From Myxococcales bacterium (GTDB lineage: Bacteria; Myxococcota_A; UBA9042; JABWCM01; BTVJ01), in contig BTVJ01000013.1 in NCBI GenBank assembly GCA_045863395.1, forward strand, positions 32,001 to 96,000: 64,000 nt of DNA, read 5' to 3'. The notes below the pieces were generated by a model, which saw only the letters and a program-made list of their open reading frames with translations, was not told the DNA's origin and searched no databases. Made by a program: the position numbers and the translations under genes. Position 1 is the first letter of the stretch. Every line of letters begins with the position of its first letter. This document shows positions 47,190 through 58,500 of the stretch, piece after piece.

Positions 47190-49529
47190 ATGCGACGTGG
47201 CGACAGATCTCGGCATGTGGAGTGCATCTGGGCGAGCGTAGCGATGATTCTCGTCGTCGCGCTTTTCCAATCGAAGCCTGCGCACGCAGGTCAAGTGAAC
47301 CCGCCCCGTTCCGACCACTACGACCTCACGCCGCTGTTTCTTCGGGACGCGCTGACGGAGCAGGCCTACCGAGCGTGGAGGGCGGGCGACCGGACGAGCG
47401 CGCGCGAGACGCTCGGGCAGTGGCTCGACGCGCACGGGTCGGACCCTGACGCCCCGGCGCTCCGCTTCCTGGCGGCGCGCATCGCGATGGAGGACGGCGC
47501 GGAGGACGACGCCATCGCCGACCTGGAGGCCATCGCCACCTGGGGGCCGCTGCGGAGCGTGGTCGCGATGCAGCTCGGCGAGGCGTACCGGGCGCGTGGG
47601 CACCTGGAGCGGGCGCTGCAAGCCTACGAGATGGTCCGCCCGGACAGCACCCAGTACCCGCTCGCGGCGCTGGCGGCGGCGGGGATCCACCGGGAGCAGG
47701 GGGCGCTCGCCGACGCGCGTGCCCACGTAGAGGCAGCGCTCGTGTCGACGGCGGACCCGGCGGTCGAGGACCAGGCGCGGCTCCTTCTGGCCAGGGTGCT
47801 GTCGGAGCAGGGCGACCTGGACGGCGCAAGAGGCCACCTGCAGCGCCTCTGGTGGGGGAGGCGCAAGGTCGCCGGAGACGCGGCGCGAGCGTTGGAGCGG
47901 CTCGGGGCGCCGCCAACCGCCGTCGAGGACCTGATGCGCGAGGTGGACGCCGTCGGGACCCGCGACCTGGACGACGCCCGCAAGCGGCTCCGGCGGACCC
48001 TCGATGCGCGGTTCAAAGGGCCGAAGCACGCGGCCCTGCGCCTGTGGGTGGAGGCCGAGCTGCTCCGCCGCGACCGCAAGACTTGCGACAAGGCGACCCT
48101 GAAGTACGAAGCGGCCCTCGAGCTGGAGAGCGACGACCCGGTGCTGGCTCCGGCCATCCTGTACGGGCAGGCCATCGCGTTGCGCCGCCAGAACCGGGAT
48201 CTGGAGGCCGTCGAGCGCTACTTGCGCCTCGCAGACCGCTGGCCCGCCCACCGGCTGGCGCCCGCCGCGCTGTACGGGGCGGGCGATCTCCTGATCTACC
48301 GCGGCCTGCCTGTGGAGGCGGAGCGCCCGCTGCGAAGGCTCGCCACCGAGGCGCCGGACAGCGCGGAGCACGCGGCCGCGCTGTGGGAGCTGGGCTTCGG
48401 AGCGTGGCTGGCGGGGGACACGGCGGGGGCCATCCGCACGCTGGATCTGCTCGCGCGCACGGCCCCCATGCGGCGCACCCCGCAGGGGGCGACGTGGCCG
48501 GAGCGCGCGCTGTACTGGAAGGGGCGCGCCGAGGTCCGGGCAGGCCACCCGGATCGGGCCCTGGCGACGTGGCGCCACCTGGTGGAGCGCTTCCCGCTCA
48601 CCTACTACTCGACCCAGGCCTTCAACCGCATCGCCGAGCTGGACCCGGCGCTGGCGGACACCCTGCGGCAGCGGCGCCCGGCAGGGCCGGAGCGCGACCC
48701 GGAGCTGCTGGACCTGGCGCGATACACGGTGCGCCGCCGCCCGACCCTGGACGCCGCGGTGACCCTGGCGCGCGTCGGGCTCTTCGAGGACGCCCGCGAA
48801 GAGCTGGAGGCGCGCCTCGACAAGGGCACGCTCCACGCGGACGGCGTGCTGCTGCTCTCGTCGCTCCACCTGCGGGAGTCGAACCCGTGGAAGGCCGTGG
48901 CGGGCGTGCGCCGGACCATCCTGCTTGCGACCTACCCGGACTCCGAGAGCACGCCGCTGTGGCGCTATGCCTTCCCGGTCCCGTTCCTGGAGCTGGCGAC
49001 GCGGCACGCGACGGACAACGGTCTGTCGCCCCACCTGCTGATGGGCGTCATCCGCCACGAGTCGAGCTTCAACCCCGCGGCGGTCAGCCACGCCAACGCC
49101 ATCGGGCTCACGCAGGTGCTGCCGGAGACCGCGCGGACGGTGGCCACGCGCCTGCTGGGTGAGAAGGCGCCGGGCGTAGCGGACCTGAAGGACCCGGAGA
49201 CCAACCTGCGGGTGGGCACGCGTTTCCTGCGGGAGCTGCTCTCGCTCTTCCAGGGAAACCCGGTGCTTGCGCTCGCGGCCTACAACGCGGGCCCCTACGC
49301 GGTGAAGCGGTGGCTCAGCGAGAACGGCCACCTCCAGACCGACGAGCTGCTCGAGTGCATGCCCTACGACGTCACAGCGGCCTATGTGAAGGACATCCTG
49401 ACCAGCGCCTGCGCGTACCAGTATCTCTATGCGAGGCAAGACGATCCCGGCGCGCGTACCGTGCCCATCCCCCGCGACCTCCCCAGCGAGTACGGGCCCT
49501 TCCTGGAGCGGACCACGGCGAAGCGCTGA
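47190..49529 (+). CDS. Soluble lytic transglycosylase (TPR + SLT domain)
   Basis: Helical repeats, ALYWKGR, P.TYY, IRHESSFNP, AIGLTQV, LAAYNAGP. Confidence 0.9.
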   Translation: MRRGDRSRHVECIWASVAMILVVALFQSKPAHAGQVNPPRSDHYDLTPLFLRDALTEQAYRAWRAGDRTSARETLGQWLDAHGSDPDAPALRFLAARIAMEDGAEDDAIADLEAIATWGPLRSVVAMQLGEAYRARGHLERALQAYEMVRPDSTQYPLAALAAAGIHREQGALADARAHVEAALVSTADPAVEDQARLLLARVLSEQGDLDGARGHLQRLWWGRRKVAGDAARALERLGAPPTAVEDLMREVDAVGTRDLDDARKRLRRTLDARFKGPKHAALRLWVEAELLRRDRKTCDKATLKYEAALELESDDPVLAPAILYGQAIALRRQNRDLEAVERYLRLADRWPAHRLAPAALYGAGDLLIYRGLPVEAERPLRRLATEAPDSAEHAAALWELGFGAWLAGDTAGAIRTLDLLARTAPMRRTPQGATWPERALYWKGRAEVRAGHPDRALATWRHLVERFPLTYYSTQAFNRIAELDPALADTLRQRRPAGPERDPELLDLARYTVRRRPTLDAAVTLARVGLFEDAREELEARLDKGTLHADGVLLLSSLHLRESNPWKAVAGVRRTILLATYPDSESTPLWRYAFPVPFLELATRHATDNGLSPHLLMGVIRHESSFNPAAVSHANAIGLTQVLPETARTVATRLLGEKAPGVADLKDPETNLRVGTRFLRELLSLFQGNPVLALAAYNAGPYAVKRWLSENGHLQTDELLECMPYDVTAAYVKDILTSACAYQYLYARQDDPGARTVPIPRDLPSEYGPFLERTTAKR

Positions 49530-49601
49530 CCGGATCGCGGTGGTTGACTTCCAGGGCGCCTGGGCTCGAAGATCCGGGCACCCACCACCGCGCGGGCTGC
49601 C

Positions 49602-50932
49602 GTGACGGACCGCACGACGATCACCGAGAAGCTGGCGGGCGACGCCTCGGGGACGAGACCACTCCGGCCCGTGCTGATCCTCGCCCACGGCCCGGCTCCG
49701 GAGCGCATCGGCGAGCGAACCGCCCTCCCGCGCAGGGAGACGATCATCGGGCGGGGTGAGCCACGCTTCGAGACGGGGCCTCTCGACGACCCGCGCGTGT
49801 CCTCCCGCCACCTGGTCGTGACGCCGGGCGCGGCGGGCCTGGGCGTGCGGGACGTGGGCGGCAAGAGCGGGATCCTGGTGCACGGCAAGCGTGTGGACGC
49901 GGCGCGGCTCCAGCCTGGTGATCTGGTGCAGTGCGGGCGCACCTTCCTTCTCTATCGCGTCGAGCCCGCGTTCGACTGGCGCCCCGCGGAGTCGGCCCTG
50001 GCCGGCCTGAGCTATCTGCTCCACCTCGTGCGCCAGAGCGTGGAGCGCGCCGCAGCCCACGACCTGCCGGCGCTCATCACGGGCCCCTCGGGGGCGGGCA
50101 AGGAGCCGGCCGCGCGAGAGGTGCACCGCCTGAGCCGTCGCACGGGGCCCCTCGTGCCCGTCAACTGCGCCGCCTTGCCCGCGGAGCTGGTGGAGAGCGA
50201 GCTGTTCGGACACGTCGCCGGCGCCTTCACCGGGGCAGGACCGGCGAAAGAGGGGCTCTTCAGGAGGGCGCAGGGCGGGACGCTGTTCCTGGACGAGGTG
50301 GGCGCCATGCCGCTCGCGCGCCAGCCGAAGCTGCTGCGCGCCATCCAGGAGCGGAGGGTGCGGGCGGTCGGCGGGACCCGGGAGGTGGACGTGGACGTCC
50401 GAATCGTCGCCGCGACCAACGAGGACCTGCCCGCCCTGGTCCGCAGCGGCGGATTCCGGACGGACCTGTACGGGCGACTCTCGGGGGCGCTCATCGAGAT
50501 GCCCCCCTCGCGCAGCGGCGCGAGGACGTCGGCGCCCTGCTCCGCTGGTTCCTCCGCGGGCGCGACCTGGAGGTGGCGCCGGAGCTGCTCAGGGACCTCT
50601 TCGAGCACCCGTGGCCCCTCAACGTGCGCGCCCTGGAGCACCTCGTGATGGCGGCCGCGAGCACCGCGGTGGCGGTGCTCGGTCCCACGCCGGACACCCG
50701 GCGCCTGCTCGACACCCAGGGCTCACTCGGTGGTGAGGCCCGGGAGCGGCGTGCGCCGGGGGCCGAGGAGCTGGCGCGGCTCCTGGAGCACCACGGCGGA
50801 GTGGTCTCCAGGGTTGCCCTGGAGCTCGGCGTCCACCGCTACCAGGTCTACCGCTGGATGGCGGCGGCAGGCAGGGGGCGCACCGGGACCGCCCGGAGGA
50901 CTGACGAGTTCCGTGCGCAACGGTCACGGTGA
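49602..50932 (+). pseudogene. FHA + sigma54 AAA+ activator, frameshifted at C6 run 50502-50507
   Basis: FHA (IGRG...VSSRH), [19 protein letters not shown]; after IEMPP the expected LAQRREDV...WPLNVRAL...HTH continues in another frame. Confidence 0.8.
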
Positions 50933-51123
50933 GGCGCGGAGCCATGGGCGAGCCGCGCGAGGGGCGTCTCAGCGCCCCACTACCCACGGACTTCTGGTGC
51001 ATCCTGGCTCTGTGACCGCCAGTACCGTGTCGTCCGCGTATCGACGCACCGTGTCGCGCCTGCGGTGCGTGCAATTGTCGCCACCGTTACGCTAGAGTCG
51101 GCGCTTCGGAGGTTCGCTCGGCC

Positions 51124-52263
51124 GTGGACTCGCCATCGAACGGAACGCAGGAGTGGACGGAGGTGGTGGCCGCCCTGCGCGGACCGCGCTCCCGCGCCGA
51201 GTCGGAGGCGCGCGCGCTCCTGTCGTTCGCGTTCGGGATCGCGCTCCTGTTCCACGCCGGCTTCCTCATCGCGGCCTGGGCTGCGCCCGAGCGCCCGAAG
51301 GAGCGTGAGGAGACCCGCGAGCGCGTCATCGAGACCCTGCGCGTGACCGAGGTGCGGCGCGAGGAACCCGCACAGCGGGAGGTCCCGGAGTGGCGAGACC
51401 CACCTCCGCACTGGGCGTCGCACGACTCCACCGCCACGGCGCCAGCACCAGCGGACGTCCGGGACGTCACGGCCGCGGAGCCTCGCCCCAGTGGCGCGGC
51501 CGATGTGGCTGAGGCGCCGCCGGGGCTCCCCGTCGCGCCGGCCGACGAGAACCTGGCCCCCCCTGGGGGGCCCACCGCAGAGGTCGTGGAACGTTCCGCG
51601 CCCGACGAGCCCGCCTCAACAGGCGTGAGCCCCTCACCCAGCCCGCCGAAGGGTGTCGCGCCCGCCCCGAAGCCCCGGCCCGGGAAGCGCGGCGCGCGGG
51701 GCGCAGGGTCAGCCAAGCCGCGCCTCAAGAGCTCCGCGAAGCTTGCAGCGCTGCTCGACTCGGGCAACGGCTTCGGGACCCTCTCGGTCCTCAGCAGCAC
51801 CGCAGTGCCGGGCTCCATGTTCGACGAGCTGGAGGGCGGCACCGGCCTCGTTGGGAGGGGCACGGGCGCAGGGCCAGGGGCGGGGGTGGGCCAGCTCGCC
51901 ATCGGAGGCGCAAGCGCCGGCCTCGGGTCCAGCGTCAGCTCCGTCGCGAGCCCCGGCGGCAACATGGGAGGCGACCCCCTCGCCCAGTACATCAAGCTCG
52001 TCACGAGGGCGCTCCGCAAGGAGCTGGTCTACCCTCGATCCGCCTCCCGCCGTCGGCTGGAGGGCACGGTCCGTCTGGAGCTGACCATCGAGGCCGACGG
52101 GACGGTCGTGAAGCGCCGCGTGGTGGGGTCCTCGGGCCACGACGTCCTCGATGAGGCCGCCCTCGCGGCGGCTGAGCGCGTCACCAAGGTTCCGAAGCCG
52201 CCCGACGCGCTCGACTGGACGCGCCGCGCCATCCGCATCCCCCTGGTCTATCGCGTGCAGTGA
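51124..52263 (+). CDS. TonB C-terminal domain protein (TM + Pro/Gly-rich linker)
   Basis: TM ending in LFHAG; YPRSASRRRLEGTVRLELTI.ADG...SSGHDVLDEAAL. Confidence 0.85.
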   Translation: MDSPSNGTQEWTEVVAALRGPRSRAESEARALLSFAFGIALLFHAGFLIAAWAAPERPKEREETRERVIETLRVTEVRREEPAQREVPEWRDPPPHWASHDSTATAPAPADVRDVTAAEPRPSGAADVAEAPPGLPVAPADENLAPPGGPTAEVVERSAPDEPASTGVSPSPSPPKGVAPAPKPRPGKRGARGAGSAKPRLKSSAKLAALLDSGNGFGTLSVLSSTAVPGSMFDELEGGTGLVGRGTGAGPGAGVGQLAIGGASAGLGSSVSSVASPGGNMGGDPLAQYIKLVTRALRKELVYPRSASRRRLEGTVRLELTIEADGTVVKRRVVGSSGHDVLDEAALAAAERVTKVPKPPDALDWTRRAIRIPLVYRVQ

Positions 52264-52412
52264 GCGGCGCGTGGGTCGCCCTGCGGCCGAGCTGGCGCAT
52301 GCAGCCGGGCAGAACCTGAGGCCCAACGGGGTTGTCGTGCGTTGAGCCTTTGTTTCGACCGGCGCGACCCGTACAATGGGATTGGTTCACGACACAGGGA
52401 TGGAGGTGCTTC

Positions 52413-53762
52413 ATGCGCGCGACCTGGCTGGGTGTCATTGGAGCGGCGGGGGTGTTGGCGCTGGCGGCCTGTGAGCCGCCGGGGGACAGGGGAGAGGGGG
52501 TCTCCACCATCGAGGCGGAGCTGGTGGCCCAGGGCGACGAGGGGCTCGAGGCCGTAGCGCCCGTCGAGCTGGCGGACCCGGCGCTGCTCGCGGAGCCCGC
52601 GCCGGGCGCGCCGGCCTTGGAGGGGCGGGACCTGTTGGATCACGTCCGGTGGCTGGTCTCGCAGGAGCGGTACCCCGAGGCACGGGAGCTGCTCCAGGCG
52701 CAGGTGGAGGCGCAGCCGCAGGACGTGACCACGACGCTCGTGCTGGCGGGCGTGGATCTCCTCGACGAGTCCTACCGCTCGGCCTACGACCTGTCCGACG
52801 CCGCGCTGGCGGTCGCTCCCGGCGACGTCCGCCTGATGCAGACGCGGGCCCTGGCGAGCCTCCTCGACCTGGACGTGGCGACCGCGCTGGAGGACTACAA
52901 GGAGCTGGTCTCTGCCATGAAGCGCCTGGCCGAGGCGGAGGGCGCCACCGTGTGCCAGCCCATCAGCCAGTGCTGCGCGACGGCCCCCGAGGCGCTGGCC
53001 GACGCGCTCATCGGGCTCGCAACGGCCCACTACAACCTGGGTGACCTGGACGCGGCGACCGACCTGGCGGACACGGTCTTCGGGATGCGGGGCATCAACC
53101 CCGTCGGGGCCCACTTCGTGATGGCGCTGGTCCAGTCGAAGCGCGGCGACGACGCGGCGGCGCTGGCCTCCTACCAGACCATCCTGCAGACGCACCCCGG
53201 CAACCCCCTGGTGCTGAACAACGTCGGCGGCATCGCCTACCGGGCCAAGGACCTGGACGGGGCGGAGCGCCTCTTCGTGGCGACCGTAGAGAACGCGGGG
53301 GTCGACCGGCGCACCGCGGCCATCGCGTGGTCCAACCTGGGCGACGTGGCGCTCCTCCGCGGCGACTACAAGGCCGCCGAGGACAAGCTGCTGGAGGCGA
53401 CGTCCATCTCGCCCGGTTTCCCCGGCGCGTGGTTCAACCTGGCGGTCGTCTACGATCTGCTCGGTGACGACGTCCGCTCCAAGGCGCACCTCGTCGAGGG
53501 GCTCAACCGCGACGAGCAGGGCGTGTCGCGGTACAACTCGTCCCACTTCTCGCCGGAGTGGGAGGCCCACTTCGAGGGGCTGCTGGCCGAGCACGACGGG
53601 CGCGTCGGCGACGCGGTCAATCACTGGCAGGCCGTGGCCGCGGGGAACGTACCGGCGCTGCACGCCACCGCTGCACGCCACCTGGCGCGGCTCACGCCGG
53701 TGGGCGTGGAGGCTCCTGCGGGCCTCGTCTCCCCGGTCACGGGACGCATCTACATCTACTGA
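52413..53762 (+). CDS. TPR repeat lipoprotein
   Basis: GGAGG RBS, lipobox LAAC, TPR motifs (LNNVG, AWSNLG, AWFNLAVVY). Confidence 0.85.
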   Translation: MRATWLGVIGAAGVLALAACEPPGDRGEGVSTIEAELVAQGDEGLEAVAPVELADPALLAEPAPGAPALEGRDLLDHVRWLVSQERYPEARELLQAQVEAQPQDVTTTLVLAGVDLLDESYRSAYDLSDAALAVAPGDVRLMQTRALASLLDLDVATALEDYKELVSAMKRLAEAEGATVCQPISQCCATAPEALADALIGLATAHYNLGDLDAATDLADTVFGMRGINPVGAHFVMALVQSKRGDDAAALASYQTILQTHPGNPLVLNNVGGIAYRAKDLDGAERLFVATVENAGVDRRTAAIAWSNLGDVALLRGDYKAAEDKLLEATSISPGFPGAWFNLAVVYDLLGDDVRSKAHLVEGLNRDEQGVSRYNSSHFSPEWEAHFEGLLAEHDGRVGDAVNHWQAVAAGNVPALHATAARHLARLTPVGVEAPAGLVSPVTGRIYIY

Positions 53763-53810
53763 GCCTGACGCGGCCTCGGAGAGTTGCGTCCAGCCCCCGC
53801 ACGGGGGAAC

Positions 53811-55442
53811 ATGCCGCGGATGCGCGCTCCCCCCCGCCTCCCGGTCCTCGCCACCTGCGCCGCCGCCGCGGCCCTCGTGCTCTGGCCCCTGGCGACCCTG
53901 CCGTGGTTCGAGCAGCACGAGGGGACACGCTACTTCATCCGCCTCGTCGCCCTCGCTCGGAACCTGGTCGCTCAGGGAGGGCACCCCACCTGGATCCCAG
54001 AGCTGGCCGGCGGCCACGGCTATCCGCTCTTCGGCTTCTACAGCCCCGGCGTCCTCACCCTGGCGCTCCCGTTTCTCCCCCTCGGGCCGGTGGCGGCCAT
54101 CAAGGCGGTCCTCTTCCTCGCGCTGACCTTCGGCGCGTTCGGGCTCTACCTGCTGGGCGAGCGCCTGCACGGCCCTGCCGGCGGCACCCTGACCGCGGCG
54201 CTCGGGGTGGGTGCCCCCTACGCCATGGCGGACCTGTTCACCCGGGGCGACGTCGCGGAGTACGTGGCCCTCTGCGCGGCCCCCTGGCTGCTGCTGCTGG
54301 CCGTTCGCACAGTCGAGGAGGGGAGACGCCGCGACCACTGGCTCCTCGCCCTCGGCTACGGGCTGTTCGTCCCCCTGCACACCGTCTCGGCGCTGCTCTG
54401 GAGCGGTGTCCTCGTGGCCCTGCTCCTCGTGATGGCACTCGCGCGGCGCCAGGGTCCGCGGCGCATCGCGGCGTATGGTGGCGCGCTGGCGCTCGGGCTC
54501 GCCCTGTCTGCGTGGTACTGGCTCCCGGCCATGGCGGAGCGGGGCCTCATCCACCAGGAGGTGCTCCGCGAGGGGTACTTCGACTTCCGGCGCAACTTCC
54601 TCCCGTCGCCGCTCTTCGGACCGCAGAGCGTCTCCGAGCCGCCCATGTACCTGGGGTGGCCGCTGCTCTTGGGGGCGGCGGTGGGGCTCGCGGCGGCCCT
54701 GCGCTCCGAGCGCCGGGCAGACACCCTCGCTCTCGTCGCCCTCGGTGCGGTGCTCACGTGGCTGACCACAGAGTCGGCAGCCGCGGTCTGGGAGACGGCG
54801 CCGCTCCTGTCCTTCGCCCAGTTCCCGTGGCGACTCCTCGGGCCGGCCTCCGTGCTCCTCGCCCTCGCGGCCGCGGGCGCCGCCACGCCGATCCCATCGC
54901 GGCACGGCCGGATGCTCCCCCCCGCAGCGCTCCTCTTCGTCTTCGTGATGGCCCCCGACTCGCGGTTGCTGCGCCCCCTCCCCGTCGAGCCGAGCGAGCT
55001 GGACCTCGACCACCTTGCGCGCACCCGCGTGGAGCTCTTGGGCTACGGCGAGTACGCGCCCGCCACCATGCCGCTGGACTCGCCCCCCCCACCGGGGGAG
55101 CCGCTGGCGTGGCTGGCGGGTGAGGGGTCCGCAGACGCGAGCATGGACGGGGTCCGCGTACGGGTGGAGGTCCAGTCCGAGGGCACCACCCTGACCCTCT
55201 CGCAGCTCCACTTTCCCGGGTGGGTGGTGACCGTCGATGGCGCGGTGGTGCCTCACTCCCACGACGCGAAAGGGCGCATGGTGGTGGAGGTGCCCGCAGG
55301 GCGCCGCGTGGTGGAGGCGCGCTTCCGGGACACCCCGATTCGCGCCGCTGCGAAGTGGGTGTCTCTGCTGGCGGTGGGGGCTCTCGCATTCGGTGTCTGG
55401 CGAACCACGCGCGCCCACCGTCCTCGCCCGATTCAGGGGTGA
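53811..55442 (+). CDS. Polytopic GT-C-like membrane protein (PTPS-related membrane / YfhO-like)
   Basis: PTWIPELAGGHGYPLFGFYSP, APY..ADLFTRGDVAE, LSAWYWLPA, QFPWRLL, HFPGWVVTVDG. Confidence 0.78.
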   Translation: MPRMRAPPRLPVLATCAAAAALVLWPLATLPWFEQHEGTRYFIRLVALARNLVAQGGHPTWIPELAGGHGYPLFGFYSPGVLTLALPFLPLGPVAAIKAVLFLALTFGAFGLYLLGERLHGPAGGTLTAALGVGAPYAMADLFTRGDVAEYVALCAAPWLLLLAVRTVEEGRRRDHWLLALGYGLFVPLHTVSALLWSGVLVALLLVMALARRQGPRRIAAYGGALALGLALSAWYWLPAMAERGLIHQEVLREGYFDFRRNFLPSPLFGPQSVSEPPMYLGWPLLLGAAVGLAAALRSERRADTLALVALGAVLTWLTTESAAAVWETAPLLSFAQFPWRLLGPASVLLALAAAGAATPIPSRHGRMLPPAALLFVFVMAPDSRLLRPLPVEPSELDLDHLARTRVELLGYGEYAPATMPLDSPPPPGEPLAWLAGEGSADASMDGVRVRVEVQSEGTTLTLSQLHFPGWVVTVDGAVVPHSHDAKGRMVVEVPAGRRVVEARFRDTPIRAAAKWVSLLAVGALAFGVWRTTRAHRPRPIQG

Positions 55443-55502
55443 CAAACCGGGGCCCCCGGTGTAGTGGTTGCGGGGGGGCCACTGAGCCGGGAGGATACAG
55501 CA

Positions 55503-58500
55503 ATGAAGAGCGAGAGATTGGTGGCGCTGATCTGCGCGGTAGCGACCTTGTTGGCGGTTTCGTGTGGAGGCGGCCATGACGTGGCATCAGACATCACGAT
55601 ACCGTCTGACACGGGCTCAGGAGGCGATGGCGACACCCTGGGAGCCGATGCCACCGATGACTCCGGCGGCGCCGCGGGCGACGCGGCCATAGATGACACA
55701 GCGGACGCTACCTCCGCGGCAGACGCCGGAGACTCCACGCCGTCGCCAGATTCGGGCGACTCGGCAAACGCAGACACCGCCCAGCCGGGCTGCGGGTCGG
55801 ACGCAGACTGCCCGGCAACGCAGCACTGCGGCGCCGGCGCCTGCATCGACGATATCTGCGCTCAGGGCACGGTCGCCTGCAAGGACGGCGACATCTGGGA
55901 GTGCAACGCCAGCGGCAGCGGCGAGACCAAGGCCGCCGACTGCCAGGGGCTCGGCTGCGAGGACGCGGCGTGCCTGGGCCCTGCGTGGATTGAGATCGCG
56001 CCCCTGGGCACCGACATCGTGGCGGTCGGGCAGAGCCTGACGCTGACCGCAACCGCATGGGATCCCGCGGGCGCCCCCGTCTCCGTCCCGATCACCTGGG
56101 CGTCCAGCGACCCGACCATCCTCGACGCGACCGGGGCCGGCGTGGTCACGGGCCTCGTCGCGGGTGGCGGCGACAAGCTGGCGCCCGACGGGACTCTGGT
56201 GGTGACCGCCACGGCCGGCGGCACCACCGAGAGCATCGCCCTCCAGGTGGTGCAGCTCGACCAGGGCTCGGGGCTCCAGTTCGTGCAGGTGGCGTTGTCC
56301 GCCGACCCGGGCTCGGACGGCCGCGCCCACTACGACGGCGTCTACCAGACGAAGACGAGCCCCCCGGTCAACGCGTGCAACCCTTACGGCGCAGGGCCCT
56401 GCTCGTGGCACGTCGCCGATGCCCGCGTGTTTGCCGGCGCCGACATCGAGGTCCAGGCGCTCGGCGCAGGCAAGTGGTCCTCCTTCGGCAAGGGGCTCCT
56501 CGAGTACCCGGCCCTGGTCAACGCCGATGGGCTCGCCGTCGCCCCACCGGCACCTCGCCCCCTCGCGATCACGTGGAGCAGCAGCGATCCTGCCGTCGCC
56601 GTCGTCGAGGGTGGCTTCGTGCGCGGCGTCTCCCCGGGGGCGGCGACCATCGGCGCCACCATCGGGCCCCAGACGTGGACCCTGGACGTGGTGGTCTATG
56701 ATCAATACGGCTACCACCCCACCGACGGCTTCGTCTCGGGCGTGGATCCCGAGGACGGCCACCTCGTCCTGTTCAGCTCATCGGCGGGCGCGGCCATCGC
56801 GGGCACCCACGACGCCGTCCGCTACGTCGACCTGGCCGACTACCGCAACCTGGACTTCCGCCCGAGCCAGCACGGCCCGCAGGGTGTCCGGCTGGTGGAG
56901 CACCTGGGCGGCACCTTCGAGAAGCACCCCGGCTTCGGCTGCGGCATGGTCCAGGGGGCGGGCTCCGTCGTGTGGCTCTTCAACGGGTGGACGGCGATCC
57001 CCTTCGACACCGCCACGGCGACCCAGGTGGGCGGGCTGCACAAGGTCATGTGGCGCCCCGACGGGGCCGCGACGGGCGCCAACGCCGTGTGCAGCGGCGT
57101 GTTCGTGAAGGCTGGCGGGCGCGACTGGCTGATCGGCTTCGACGCCAAGCCGACCACCTACGCTGCCTTCGTGGCGGACGTCACCGATCTCGTCACGGGC
57201 GACGTGACCGCCATCGGTGTCGACGACGCGCTGTTCACCCAGAGCCCCGCGCTGGAGTTCTACAGCCCGACGCTGTGGGACGACGGGGCTGACCAGTGGC
57301 TCCTCTTCATGGAGCAGACGCCCAAGAACGACGCGACCAAGCCCAACAAGCTGCGCGCCGCGCGCCTCACGGCGAGCGGCGGGAGCCTCCTCGTCGAGCC
57401 GGACACGACGCGGACCATCGAGACGGCCCCTACGCCCAACGCCCCCGACGACCAGGGAGAGGCGCCGGCGCTGATCGTGGCCAGCGCGGGCGGTGCTCCC
57501 TTCGTGTTCGTCGGCAACAAGGATGGCGTCACGGTGATTGACGCCGTGGCCTGGGACATCGTCCACATGGGTCCGGCGGGCTCCATCGACCCGGCGCTCC
57601 AGGACCTGGACACGCGGCGCTTCGGCCAGAATATCAAGGCCTTCGCGCTCTCGCCGGACGGCGCAACGCTGTACGCGCTCCCCGAGACCTCCTACCCCGT
57701 GGCGCCCTTCTTCAACACCAAGGTGGAGTGGAAGAACGCGAACGGCGCCACCCAGTCCACGAACATGACCGTCCACCGCCTCGCCCTCATCGATCTCACG
57801 GGCGCGCTGCCCCGCCTGATGGTGGACCCGGCGACGGACCCGAGCGAGTGCTTCCTCGTCGCCGGGTGCACGGCGGAGCAGCGGCAGTACGGGTATGACC
57901 TGAACCTGCTCGCGCTCAAGCGGTGGATGCTCGACACCGGCTTCGCCCCGAGCACCGGCGCCATCCTGCCGCCCCAGGCGATGAACGTGCGTCAGCTCGC
58001 GGTCGGCGAGAACGCCGTGTTCCTCATCGGGCGCGACAACCCGGACGGCGTCGGCACGGCGCTCGGCAACCTGTCCGACGTGGCCGTCATCGATCTCGCG
58101 ACCGGGCGCATGCCGGTGTTCCGCGGGTGGCGCAGCGACCCGGGCAAGCTGCTCGGCCTGTCGGACCCCTTCGGCTTCCGGGTCGGCGAGGGGGACGCGC
58201 TGCTCGGCGACGCCCGCGTGAAGAACGCCGGAGTCCTCTATGTGGCCGGCCCCCCGCCGGCCGAGAAGGCGGGAGACGGCGCCCCCCACGGCGAGGACGC
58301 CCCCATGGAGCACACCGGGGCCTACGCCGACGCGCCGGCACCAGCGTCCGAGCCAGGTCACCTGCTGCTGCTGTCGTCCTCTCACCAGAAGGCGAGCGAC
58401 GGCACCCACGACGTCGTCCGGCGCCTCGATCTCTCCAAGGCCGACTGGCCGGAGCAGGACTTCGATCCGGCGACCGCAGGGGCTCAAGGCAAGGGGCTGA

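Noticed and set aside
47115..55577. Very long antisense ORFs (e.g. 47115-50213, 52248-55577; also 2589-4910, 26756-28915)
   Set aside because: These are shadow frames of real genes in high-GC DNA, with no recognisable motifs.
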